Source of the DNA: Thermodesulfobacteriota bacterium
GTDB taxonomy: Bacteria > Desulfobacterota_D > UBA1144 > Nemesobacterales > UBA2774
Length of the DNA: 64,000 nt
Assembly (NCBI GenBank): GCA_965223335.1
Contig: OZ244991.1
Span: forward strand, 2,592,001-2,656,000
Direction of reading: 5' to 3'
The translations under genes were made by a program, and so were the position numbers. Below, in pieces: positions 1 through 8,630 of the stretch; the first letter of the stretch is position 1; each line of letters begins with the position of its first letter. The notes under the pieces are model-generated. The model saw nothing but the letters and a program-made list of their open reading frames with translations. It was not told the origin of the DNA and ran no database searches.

Positions 1-742
1 CATCGCTCCTTAATGCAACGCCTATAATGCTGTCCGGTACCCCATCGGTATGAACCGGGATCCTGCTATAACGCCAGTAATCCGAATCGAGGTCTATATC
101 GGATAGGATGGTTGTATCGGGCATCTCTAGGACAACTGATTTTGGAGTCATTATTTCTTTAACCGTCATCTCGTCCAGCCTAAGTGCATTGGAAACAATC
201 TCGGCCTCTTCGGGTAGTATGCTGCCACCCTTATGTGTGAGTTCGGTCAGGCTCTTTAGGTCATCCTCGGTCGGGTAATTCAAGTGCGAGTTCTTTCCCC
301 ATAACCTAGTTATAAAAACACTTGTTTTGACAAACGGCCACAGTATTTTGATTAGAAATTCTATTAATATTGATAGCCTGGGAGCTAGGGAATTTGCGTA
401 TGTGACACCAAGAGATTTAGGAATAATCTCACTGAATATCAATACACCTGCTGTGAACAACCCTGAAAATACACCAAGCCATGTGTCTCCGTAATTCCTC
501 GCGACCAGCGAACCTGCAATAGACGCTCCAATTACGTTGACTGCCGTGTTAAGTGTTAGTATAGCCGCTATCGGCTCATCAATTTTATCTCTCAGTCGTG
601 CAAGCCTTATACCTCCCGGATGGCCCTCACGCCTCAGTGACTCGATCCTGCTACGCGGTATTGAGTAGATAGCAGCTTCCATGAGTGAGCAAAGGAATGA
701 GCCCAATAGGCTAATCACGCTTATAACGAGTATTGCATACAT
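1..742 (-). CDS. CNNM/DUF21 (hemolysin/CorB-like) membrane protein with CBS domain, truncated by window edge
   Basis: Hand translation from ATG at 742 (RBS GAGGAG at 755-760): MYAILVISVISLLGSFLCSLMEAAIYSI...AAILTLNTAVNVIG...FSEIIPKSLG...VKEIMTP...RIPVH. Not in ORF track because it runs off the edge. Confidence 0.85.
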   Translation of the reverse strand, partial: MYAILVISVISLLGSFLCSLMEAAIYSIPRSRIESLRREGHPGGIRLARLRDKIDEPIAAILTLNTAVNVIGASIAGSLVARNYGDTWLGVFSGLFTAGVLIFSEIIPKSLGVTYANSLAPRLSILIEFLIKILWPFVKTSVFITRLWGKNSHLNYPTEDDLKSLTELTHKGGSILPEEAEIVSNALRLDEMTVKEIMTPKSVVLEMPDTTILSDIDLDSDYWRYSRIPVHTDGVPDSIIGVALRSD

Positions 743-773
743 GTATAATACGTTCTCCTCATAGGCGCATTGG

Positions 774-1736
774 CTAAGACAGATTATCTACTTGATCTGC
801 AATACCTATGTTAATTAAGGCGTCACCTCTATTTACAACAGGTAGACTCCTTATACCGATAATATAACCGTCAGTACCTGATTTTATCTTGTATTCAGCC
901 TCACCGAACGGATCGGTAATGCTTGCAATGACCTGTTTTCTATGAACTTTTTGTCCATAATCCACAAATGCTCTATAAATACCCGAGCTCCTGGCACGTA
1001 TCCACGAAGTGCGGTCTATATGTATCGGTGCCTTACATTTCGGGGGTCGGATGCTGGTCATCTTCAATTTTTTCATTAACCTAAGAACACCGTTTATTCC
1101 TTCGCTGATGGCAAGCTCATCGAATCGAAGCGATTCCCCTGCTTCATAAACCAGTATGGTTTTCCCAATGTTATGTGCTGCTTTTCTGAATGAATCATCT
1201 CTAAATTTAGAGTTTATAATGAAAGGGGCTGCGAAGGCTCTTGCAAGTTTCAAATTTTCCGGAACATCAAAGTTGCACCTCACTTGAGGATAATTTCTAT
1301 TGGCCCCTCCGGTATGCAGGTCAATTCCGTAATCGATTATAGGCAGAATTTCATTCATAAGTGTGTGTGCCACTCTTGATGCTAGTGAGCCTGTTTTATT
1401 GCCTGGAAAACTCCTGTTTAGGTCTCTGCCGTCCGGTAAGTAGCGAGAGTTATTTAAAAACCCGTAAACGTTCACAATGGGCACGGCTACAACCATACCA
1501 CAGTCGGGTATCACCGATTTATTAACTATTAGTCGTCTTATTGTCTCAACGCCGTTTAGCTCATCACCATGAATCCCAGCTGTTAAAAGAACCTTAGGTC
1601 CTTCTTCCCCTCCCCTAAAGATATAAACTGGCAGATCAATTATTGTGTGTGTGGGTAATTTCGCAACCTGGAGGTTTATTTGAATGTTTTGGCCAGGAGG
1701 TATCTCCTTACCGTTTATGAATATACTCTCTGACAT
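774..1736 (-). CDS. Succinylglutamate desuccinylase/aspartoacylase (M14) family protein
   Basis: AGIHGDELNG, DLNRSFPG and IDLHTG motifs; typical neighbour of rimK. Confidence 0.9.
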   Translation of the reverse strand: MSESIFINGKEIPPGQNIQINLQVAKLPTHTIIDLPVYIFRGGEEGPKVLLTAGIHGDELNGVETIRRLIVNKSVIPDCGMVVAVPIVNVYGFLNNSRYLPDGRDLNRSFPGNKTGSLASRVAHTLMNEILPIIDYGIDLHTGGANRNYPQVRCNFDVPENLKLARAFAAPFIINSKFRDDSFRKAAHNIGKTILVYEAGESLRFDELAISEGINGVLRLMKKLKMTSIRPPKCKAPIHIDRTSWIRARSSGIYRAFVDYGQKVHRKQVIASITDPFGEAEYKIKSGTDGYIIGIRSLPVVNRGDALINIGIADQVDNLS

Positions 1737-2645
1737 TTATGATTTTACTCTGTCTTTTATTAGTCTTTTACGATGTGCATTTTCTTCTATAAATTCTATG
1801 ATCTTTGATGCCACATCAATGCCAGTCGCTTTTTCAATACCCTCAAGACCAGGAGACGAGTTGACTTCCATAATCTTGGGACCACTGGTGGATTGGAGCA
1901 TATCTACACCCGCAACATTAAGTCCAAGGAGCTTTGCAGCCTTTATAGCAGTAGCACGTTCACTCCTGCTGAGATGTATTTCATTAGCACTCCCGCCCCT
2001 GTGTATATTTGAGCGGAATTCTCCCTCTGCTCCCTGCCGCTTCATGGCTCCTATGACTTTACCTCCTACTACAAAAGCTCTTAAATCGGCACCTTTAGCT
2101 TCCTTAATAAACTCTTGTATTAGCATATTAGCTTTGATACCATAGAAGGCTTCCATGACTGATTTTGCAGCTTTTTTCGTTTCTGCTAGCACTACTCCGA
2201 TACCTTGTGTGCCCTGAAGCAACTTAATCACCAGTGGAGCCCCTCCTACTTCCTCAATCAAATGGTTCACATCATCCGGGTCAGAAGCAAACGCTGTGAC
2301 TGGCATTCCCAACCCGGCACGTGACAAGATTTGCATGCTGCGCAGCTTATCTCTTGATCTCACTATCGCCTGCGATTCATTCACTGGGAATACATGCATC
2401 ATTTCAAACTGTCTAACTACAGCAGTACCATAAAAAGTTCTTGAAGCTCCGATCCTGGGAATAACTGCATCGATACCAGTGAGTATCTCCCCACCCAAAT
2501 ATATCACCGGTTTCTTTTTTTCTATGACCATATAACATTTGAGAAAATCAATCACTTGCACATCGTGGCCTCTCTGCTGAGCTGCCTCTACGAGTCTTCT
2601 AGTTGAATACAGATTCTCATTTCTCGATAGAACTGCTATATTCAT
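1737..2645 (-). CDS. rimK: Ribosomal protein S6--L-glutamate ligase (ATP-grasp)
   Basis: [44 protein letters not shown]. Confidence 0.95.
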   Translation of the reverse strand: MNIAVLSRNENLYSTRRLVEAAQQRGHDVQVIDFLKCYMVIEKKKPVIYLGGEILTGIDAVIPRIGASRTFYGTAVVRQFEMMHVFPVNESQAIVRSRDKLRSMQILSRAGLGMPVTAFASDPDDVNHLIEEVGGAPLVIKLLQGTQGIGVVLAETKKAAKSVMEAFYGIKANMLIQEFIKEAKGADLRAFVVGGKVIGAMKRQGAEGEFRSNIHRGGSANEIHLSRSERATAIKAAKLLGLNVAGVDMLQSTSGPKIMEVNSSPGLEGIEKATGIDVASKIIEFIEENAHRKRLIKDRVKS

Positions 2646-3106
2646 TTTTTTCTCCGCTTAATTTTTTTTCTGTAGGACAGATTAGTCTTGGTTACATCCA
2701 CGACAAACCGTTTTTTCAGAAGTTTTCTACCAAGAAGAACCGGACAATCCATATTGGAACGGTCACTAAGTGAAAGCTCAATATCGAATCTTTCCCCGAA
2801 AAGTTTTATAGTAGTTTTAATAATGTGTCGTTCCTCGGATTTGCCGAATGAATTTTTAATTCTCCTCTTAGCGTGAAGTGGAACTCTGAATCTCCTTTCG
2901 TTGTATGATGAGTGCGAGGGATCTAAAAGGTTAAAGGTGACGAACTTATCGCCGTTGTGATCTTTTACCTTAACGTTGTGACAGTGTATCGCAGAGGTAT
3001 AAGCCCCTGTATCGATTTTGGCATCAACATCATAGAGCCTCATCCGGGGAAAATCTACTTTATCTTTTCGGCCAATAATTTTTTTATTTGTAGTTTGCAC
3101 TTTCAT
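2642..3106 (-). CDS. RimK-associated putative aspartyl/'ATP-dependent zinc' protease
   Basis: [13 protein letters not shown] and LLGRK motifs; 4-bp overlap with rimK; start moved to MKVQ. Confidence 0.85.
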   Translation of the reverse strand: MKVQTTNKKIIGRKDKVDFPRMRLYDVDAKIDTGAYTSAIHCHNVKVKDHNGDKFVTFNLLDPSHSSYNERRFRVPLHAKRRIKNSFGKSEERHIIKTTIKLFGERFDIELSLSDRSNMDCPVLLGRKLLKKRFVVDVTKTNLSYRKKIKRRKK

Positions 3107-3248
3107 TCTAATCCCACTGATATTATTACACAAATTAAACACCATGTATGCATGTGAAGATTAAATTATCAACATTTGATGATTTAGATTGCTTTATTAT
3201 AAAAGATGTTTTGTATGATGGGCATTAGGGAATTTGTAGGCACTTTAA

Positions 3249-3479
3249 TTAAAACAATTTGATACCGAGTTAAGCGCGATCGAAGATAAACTTAGGAATA
3301 TCGAACAAGTAGACAAAGATTTTTATATTACTGCAGAATATATACTCGATCTAGCAAGACAAAGTAGCGAGTTATTTAAACGTTCAGAATACGAAGAGAG
3401 AAGAATTCATATAAATTCTGCATTTCTGAACGTCACTTGGGACGGCGTAGGTCTTAAAAATGATTATAAAGTTGAATAA
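3249..3479 (+). pseudogene. C-terminal relic of a large serine recombinase-like protein (no start codon)
   Basis: Startless 76-codon frame LKQFDTELSAIEDKLRNIEQVDKDFYITAEYILDLARQSSELFKRSEYEERRIHINSAFLNVTWDG... resembles the coiled-coil tail of large serine recombinases (recognised by eye). It ends 6 bp before the tRNA-His att copy. Confidence 0.6.
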
Positions 3480-3485
3480 TAGTTT

Positions 3486-3509
3486 AATATGGGGTGGGTG
3501 ACCGGACTT
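3486..3509. repeat. att-like direct repeat: copy of tRNA-His 3' end (AATATGGGGTGGGTGACCGGACTT)
   Basis: 24/24 identical to 12137-12160. Confidence 0.92.
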
Positions 3510-3628
3510 TAGACCGTCCAAGACGTTAAATCCTCGAATTAATTTCTAGACTGAAATCAGACTATCCATTTGAAATCTTAGGATATCAACTTTTAGGGAG
3601 CAGTTAACGGCTTTTACCCTTAAGGTTT

Positions 3629-3943
3629 TTATTTACCAGTTTTAGTATGATCAAATAGAGTCACAACATCCCTAGCCACTGTCCCGTCCTCATATTCATA
3701 CACAATATGTAGTAGTATTTGTTTGAGTTCAGTACCCGAATCATCCACCTCAATTACTGCAGGGTCCGAAGTGTTTTCAATCAAAACTTTTATTTCCGGT
3801 ATCTCCACTTGTACAGATTTCATAATAGGATCCTTTTTAGATGACATAAATATCCATGCCATCGTATTTTTTGGATTATTTACAATACGTTGACTAAAAA
3901 ACTGCCTTTTTATCTCTTTCGTTATTTTCTTTTTATCACTCAT
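3629..3943 (-). CDS. Hypothetical protein
   Basis: 104-aa ORF downstream of the lipoprotein gene; no recognised motif, weak RBS. Confidence 0.5.
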   Translation of the reverse strand: MSDKKKITKEIKRQFFSQRIVNNPKNTMAWIFMSSKKDPIMKSVQVEIPEIKVLIENTSDPAVIEVDDSGTELKQILLHIVYEYEDGTVARDVVTLFDHTKTGK

Positions 3944-4023
3944 AGTTACAAAGGGAAGGCACTATCCTATGGATAATGCCTTCATGTCAGATAAGGATAG
4001 AGAGCTACCAAGCCATACCTGAA

Positions 4024-4596
4024 TTAATTTAGATCCACAGAACCAGTTACTATCACCGATTGTCCGCCAAACGAGCCATCCATTGTAAACACTGTACCAG
4101 TACCTGACGACGTAAATTGCCCACTGGCATTCTGAAATTGACCTGTACCGCCTATGAATACACCCGAACCCGATGTGCCCTGAGACGGATCTGCAAGGGA
4201 CGTGCATAGATCAAGAGAATCTATATTTGCAAAGAGCTGATCGTTAGTTGCTATCTGCGTTACCACTGCACTACCTTGGGTAAGAGAGAAGATTATTCCT
4301 TCACTACCCAACGGTGTTGTACATGGTACATTTGTAGCCTGGTATTCAAGGCTTAGAGCAACCAGTGTAGGTCCCAGCTCATTACTAATTCCATTCATAA
4401 TTGCTATAGTTGTTAAGCTACTAAAATCTTCTGCAAGTACGCTCTCATTATGCCCGGCCATATCAAGCGTAAAGTTCACAGTATTCGACTGAGCCTGACT
4501 ATTACTGCTATTACATCCTTGCAACAAACCCACCGAGAATATAAGCAAACAGCTCAAAGTCACACACATAAGACTTTTAATTTTAATGCCTCTCAT
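4024..4596 (-). CDS. Predicted lipoprotein with beta-rich (dirigent/allene-oxide-cyclase-like) C-terminus
   Basis: Start MRGIKIK after RBS AGAGGAGG; lipobox LLQG-C; GGTGQFQNASG motif. Confidence 0.75.
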   Translation of the reverse strand: MRGIKIKSLMCVTLSCLLIFSVGLLQGCNSSNSQAQSNTVNFTLDMAGHNESVLAEDFSSLTTIAIMNGISNELGPTLVALSLEYQATNVPCTTPLGSEGIIFSLTQGSAVVTQIATNDQLFANIDSLDLCTSLADPSQGTSGSGVFIGGTGQFQNASGQFTSSGTGTVFTMDGSFGGQSVIVTGSVDLN

Positions 4597-4635
4597 GTCA
4601 CTACCTCCTCTACAAACAGTTTTGAGAACACTTAG

Positions 4636-4651
4636 TGCAAGCGAGATGCCA
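4636..4651 (-). promoter_or_regulatory. Sigma54 (-24/-12) promoter for the lipoprotein gene
   Basis: Minus strand reads TGGCAT-CTCGC-TTGCA (consensus TGGCAC-N5-TTGCW), 40 bp upstream of the start and divergent from a bEBP gene. Confidence 0.85.
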
Positions 4652-4845
4652 TGTTGAGATTGTGGGAGATAAATACTTTGACCAACCAACAATAATTAAG
4701 CGATACGAGAGAGTTACATCACCCATGTTAATATAGTCAGATTTGGATATCAAATAATTCTTTGAGAAATTCGACAACTATGTTGCCATAATGTCAATCT
4801 TGTTCACAACATAATAGATCCATGTTAATATAGATAAATAAATTC

Positions 4846-6393
4846 GTGAAAACTATGAGCACACAAGATCACAAAAGAAAGGATCTGCCTAAAAAAAAGT
4901 TGTTCAGCATCCTAGAGATCTGCAAGGAGATCAATGCCGAACGTGACCTTACTGCATTTTTTAATCTTGTAGTGCAAAAGGCAGCAGAACTGCTTGAGGC
5001 AGCACGTGCCAGTGTTTTTATATTAGACAGAGAGAAATTCGAGCTATGGTCTATTGTAACCCTCGACGGTGCTGAAATAAGGTTTGATGCTCGTCTTGGG
5101 ATTGCAGGCGCTTCCATTACTACCGGTGAAATCATCAACATTAAGGACGCCTATGAGGATCCTCGTTTCTATAAAAAAATCGACGGCAGAAACAACTTCA
5201 AAACCAAATCAGTTCTAGTGGTGCCATTAATAAGTGCCGACAACCAGATTATAGGCACATTCCAAGTCCTTAACAAAAAGAGCGGAGCATTCACCAAACA
5301 AGACGAAATAATACTTCAACATCTCGCCCAACAAGTTCAAGTTGCACTCGAAACAACTCAAATGATTGAGGAGCTGACGAAAAGAGGGGCAGAAATCGCA
5401 AATGAAAATAAGCAGTTGCGTAAAGAAATAAGCAGCCAGTCCCATTTACAACGGATAGTCGGCAACTCACCACCTATCCAAAGCATTGTAAGGTTAATCG
5501 AACAAATATCCGATACTTCAATCAACGTCCTAATTACAGGTGAAACAGGCACGGGGAAAGAACTTGCTGCCAAAGCTATCCATTATGGCAGCTCAAGATT
5601 CAGCGGCCCATTTATCGCTCTAAACTGTGCAGCTTTACCAGAAAACCTAATTGAAAGTGAGCTCTTTGGCATTGAAAAGGGTGTAGCAACAGGTGTTGAT
5701 TCTCGAATTGGAAAATTTGAGCAAGCCGACAGCGGTACAATATTTTTAGATGAGATAGGCGATTTGAGTCTGACCTCGCAGGCCAAGATACTTCGCGTGT
5801 TACAAGAAGGCGAGCTCGAAAGAATCGGTAAAAAGAATAAGATTAACATTGATGTAAGAGTCTTATCGGCAACTAATAAAAACTTAGAAGAAGAAATTAA
5901 ACTAGGCAATTTCAGGGAGGACCTATTTTACAGACTCAAAGTACTTCATATACAAATGCCCCCGCTTCGAGAGATCCCCGCTGATATAGAGCTTCTGGCT
6001 AATCATTTCGTCACTAAATTCTGCAAAGAGATGTCAAAGGATGAGAAAAAAATTTCTAAAGAAACGTTATTTTATCTTACCAACTATACGTGGCCGGGGA
6101 ACGTGCGCGAATTAGAAAATGAGATAAAGCGCACAGTGGCGATAGTACCAAGAAAAACTATTTTGCCCGAAGACATATCTAAACATATTCTAGATTCCAA
6201 AGTCACATCAAAAACTAAAGATTACTCAACCAAGACCACCCTAAAAGATGCTGTAGAAGATCTCGAGAAGGATATGATCGTCCAGGCTCTCAACACCTGT
6301 AGAAACAACAAAGCTGAGGCAGCCAGAACTCTAGGATTAAGCCGCTGGGGTTTAACAAAAAAAATAACGCGATATGGTTTAACCGACCTGTAA
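4846..6393 (+). CDS. GAF-domain sigma54-dependent enhancer-binding protein (GAF-AAA+-Fis HTH)
   Basis: GAF with NKKSGAFTKQDE; GETGTGKE; ESELFGIEKGVATGV; FLDEIGD; WPGNVREL; C-terminal HTH. Confidence 0.93.
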   Translation: MKTMSTQDHKRKDLPKKKLFSILEICKEINAERDLTAFFNLVVQKAAELLEAARASVFILDREKFELWSIVTLDGAEIRFDARLGIAGASITTGEIINIKDAYEDPRFYKKIDGRNNFKTKSVLVVPLISADNQIIGTFQVLNKKSGAFTKQDEIILQHLAQQVQVALETTQMIEELTKRGAEIANENKQLRKEISSQSHLQRIVGNSPPIQSIVRLIEQISDTSINVLITGETGTGKELAAKAIHYGSSRFSGPFIALNCAALPENLIESELFGIEKGVATGVDSRIGKFEQADSGTIFLDEIGDLSLTSQAKILRVLQEGELERIGKKNKINIDVRVLSATNKNLEEEIKLGNFREDLFYRLKVLHIQMPPLREIPADIELLANHFVTKFCKEMSKDEKKISKETLFYLTNYTWPGNVRELENEIKRTVAIVPRKTILPEDISKHILDSKVTSKTKDYSTKTTLKDAVEDLEKDMIVQALNTCRNNKAEAARTLGLSRWGLTKKITRYGLTDL

Positions 6394-8556
6394 TCAGTGG
6401 TAATAATAACGCAGACTCGCTAAGACGTTAAATGGTGCCCCGGGCACTATAAACACCCTGGACTCAGAATTCACAAAGTATCTTTCATCTGTAATGTTTC
6501 TAAAATGCACAGATGCCTCAAAATTGCCAATCTGTTCTATAGACCTATTATAATAAATCGCAGCATCTAGCCTTATGAAGCTGCCCAAAGTAAAAGTATT
6601 CTCTAAGTCCCCTTGCCTATTGCTCTGTGTGATGGCACCAAACCCAAGCCCTGCACCCTCCAAGATCCCCTTACTAAAGAAATAAGTTGTCCATAAACTT
6701 GCCGAGTTCTTAGGCACACCAGGCAGTTCGTTCCCCTCCTGGAAAAAATCGTCTTTCAGCACCTTTGTATCAATGTAAGCGTAATTGGCCAATAGATTCC
6801 ATTCAGGTGTGATTTGAGCAGTAACATTAACTTCGACTCCACGGCTTCTGGCTTTATCAACCTGTATCCCGAAAAAAAACGGGTTTAATGGATCTGCTAC
6901 AATAAAATTTTTATTGATTAGCCAGAAATACGAAACTGTTGAAAATATCCGATTATCTAAGAGGTTGAATTTCAATCCAGCTTCGAGCTGAGTGCTTCTC
7001 TGTGGGTCAAATATTTTTCCGTCTACGCTTACCCCAGTCCTTGCAGTGAGGTTAAAACCCTGCACGAAACTGCCATATGCCGATACCTCGGGCGTAACTC
7101 TATACAAGACACCCAGACGCGGGCTAAATTTTGAATCTGTCTTCTTTGCGTTGAAACCCTCTGGAAATCTTGAATCTTCATTATCAACATCCTGGTCAAT
7201 CAAATCATATCTCACACCCGCAAGAATATACAATCTATCAAACAGCGTGATCTGGTCTTGTACGTATATGCCCAGATTATTTATCTTTCCGAATCTGTTT
7301 ATTGATAAAAGTAGCGGTGGATCAGGGGGGCCCTCACCATAAACCGGATCCAAAATATCTATTGGGTTTGATTCCAGCGTATCATTGAAACTATCAAAGT
7401 TTTCCCTAATAAACTCTACGCCAAACAGAGCTTTATTGGGCACCGACCCTATATCAAAGTTTACAATCAAATCATTCTGCGATGTATAGATATCATCATC
7501 TAATTCATATTGGATTATGTTTCTTAACAGTGTTCGATTATCAGGCAGTAAAAATGCTGATAAGTGATCGTCCATATGAATCTGGACCTTGTAATACCTA
7601 AATGAATTTCGAAGCTTAATATTATCGGTTATCTGCGACTCTAATGTGATCCGAGCCGAGTATTTTTCCAAGTTACTTTCATCGGTTGGCTCAGCCAGGT
7701 TCCTACTGATTGGAATATTCGCAACCTTATCACCCACAGCCACAAGTCCCTCGTCAACCATTCGAGAAGCGTAGAGATATTCACCATCAAAACTCAGTTT
7801 TACCTTTGGTGTTAAATACCAAGCTAAAACAGGCGACACAAACACACGCTCATCTTTAATAAAATCCCTGAAACTGTTCGAGTTCAAATACGATCCGTTT
7901 AAACGACCCAGTAGTGATCTATCCTCCAACAATGGGCCCGTTATATCCAACGAAGTTCTAAATAAATCGTAACTCCCGTGAAATATATCAGGGGCTATAT
8001 ATAGATCCGGGAGAGGTTGTTTGGTGATTAAATTTATCACACCCCCTGCTGATATGTTCCCATACAATATAGATTCTGGCCCCTGCACAACCTCTAATCG
8101 TTGTACGTTAGTTAGTACTGCCTCCGAGATATTCCCAGCGATAAAACTACTTGGCTTAAATCCGTCTCTCAGAATTTCAGCCATAAATCCCCTTAATAAA
8201 TATGGGATCGTTGTATGCTCTGCAGGTACTGCACCTGGTATATTATAAAATACATCTATTAAACGAATAGCAGCCTGGTCATTAAGTAGCTCTCGATCTA
8301 GAACTTGTACTGACTGGGGAGTATCCTGTACCGGGGTTTCAGTCTTAGTAGCTGTCGAAGCATCCTCGACAATGTAGCTTTTTTCTATTGGCTCATCCGT
8401 TACCACTATAGGCTCAAGTTCCTTTGCACTCTCTTCACCTTGGCCTAAACACACACTTGTCTGCCATATACTAATTACTAATACAAAAACCAATACGCTA
8501 AATAATATTGATGACACCGATTCATATAACAGACAAGAATAGCCTCTCATTTCCAT
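6394..8556 (-). CDS. TonB-dependent (siderophore-type) receptor
   Basis: Signal peptide, plug (TPQSVQV, RLEVVQGPESILYG), barrel ending NITDERYF...GAPFNVLASLRY. Confidence 0.93.
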   Translation of the reverse strand: MEMRGYSCLLYESVSSILFSVLVFVLVISIWQTSVCLGQGEESAKELEPIVVTDEPIEKSYIVEDASTATKTETPVQDTPQSVQVLDRELLNDQAAIRLIDVFYNIPGAVPAEHTTIPYLLRGFMAEILRDGFKPSSFIAGNISEAVLTNVQRLEVVQGPESILYGNISAGGVINLITKQPLPDLYIAPDIFHGSYDLFRTSLDITGPLLEDRSLLGRLNGSYLNSNSFRDFIKDERVFVSPVLAWYLTPKVKLSFDGEYLYASRMVDEGLVAVGDKVANIPISRNLAEPTDESNLEKYSARITLESQITDNIKLRNSFRYYKVQIHMDDHLSAFLLPDNRTLLRNIIQYELDDDIYTSQNDLIVNFDIGSVPNKALFGVEFIRENFDSFNDTLESNPIDILDPVYGEGPPDPPLLLSINRFGKINNLGIYVQDQITLFDRLYILAGVRYDLIDQDVDNEDSRFPEGFNAKKTDSKFSPRLGVLYRVTPEVSAYGSFVQGFNLTARTGVSVDGKIFDPQRSTQLEAGLKFNLLDNRIFSTVSYFWLINKNFIVADPLNPFFFGIQVDKARSRGVEVNVTAQITPEWNLLANYAYIDTKVLKDDFFQEGNELPGVPKNSASLWTTYFFSKGILEGAGLGFGAITQSNRQGDLENTFTLGSFIRLDAAIYYNRSIEQIGNFEASVHFRNITDERYFVNSESRVFIVPGAPFNVLASLRYYYH

Positions 8557-8630
8557 ACCTCACCTCTGTTGTTACTACCCTCAATCACCCGCTTACAAAA
8601 TGGAAAACTAAATGTATCAATACCAAACAA

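Noticed and set aside
4597..4692. N-terminal extension of ORF 4024-4692 in the ORF track
   Set aside because: It spans the sigma54 promoter and RBS; the true start is the ATG at 4596.
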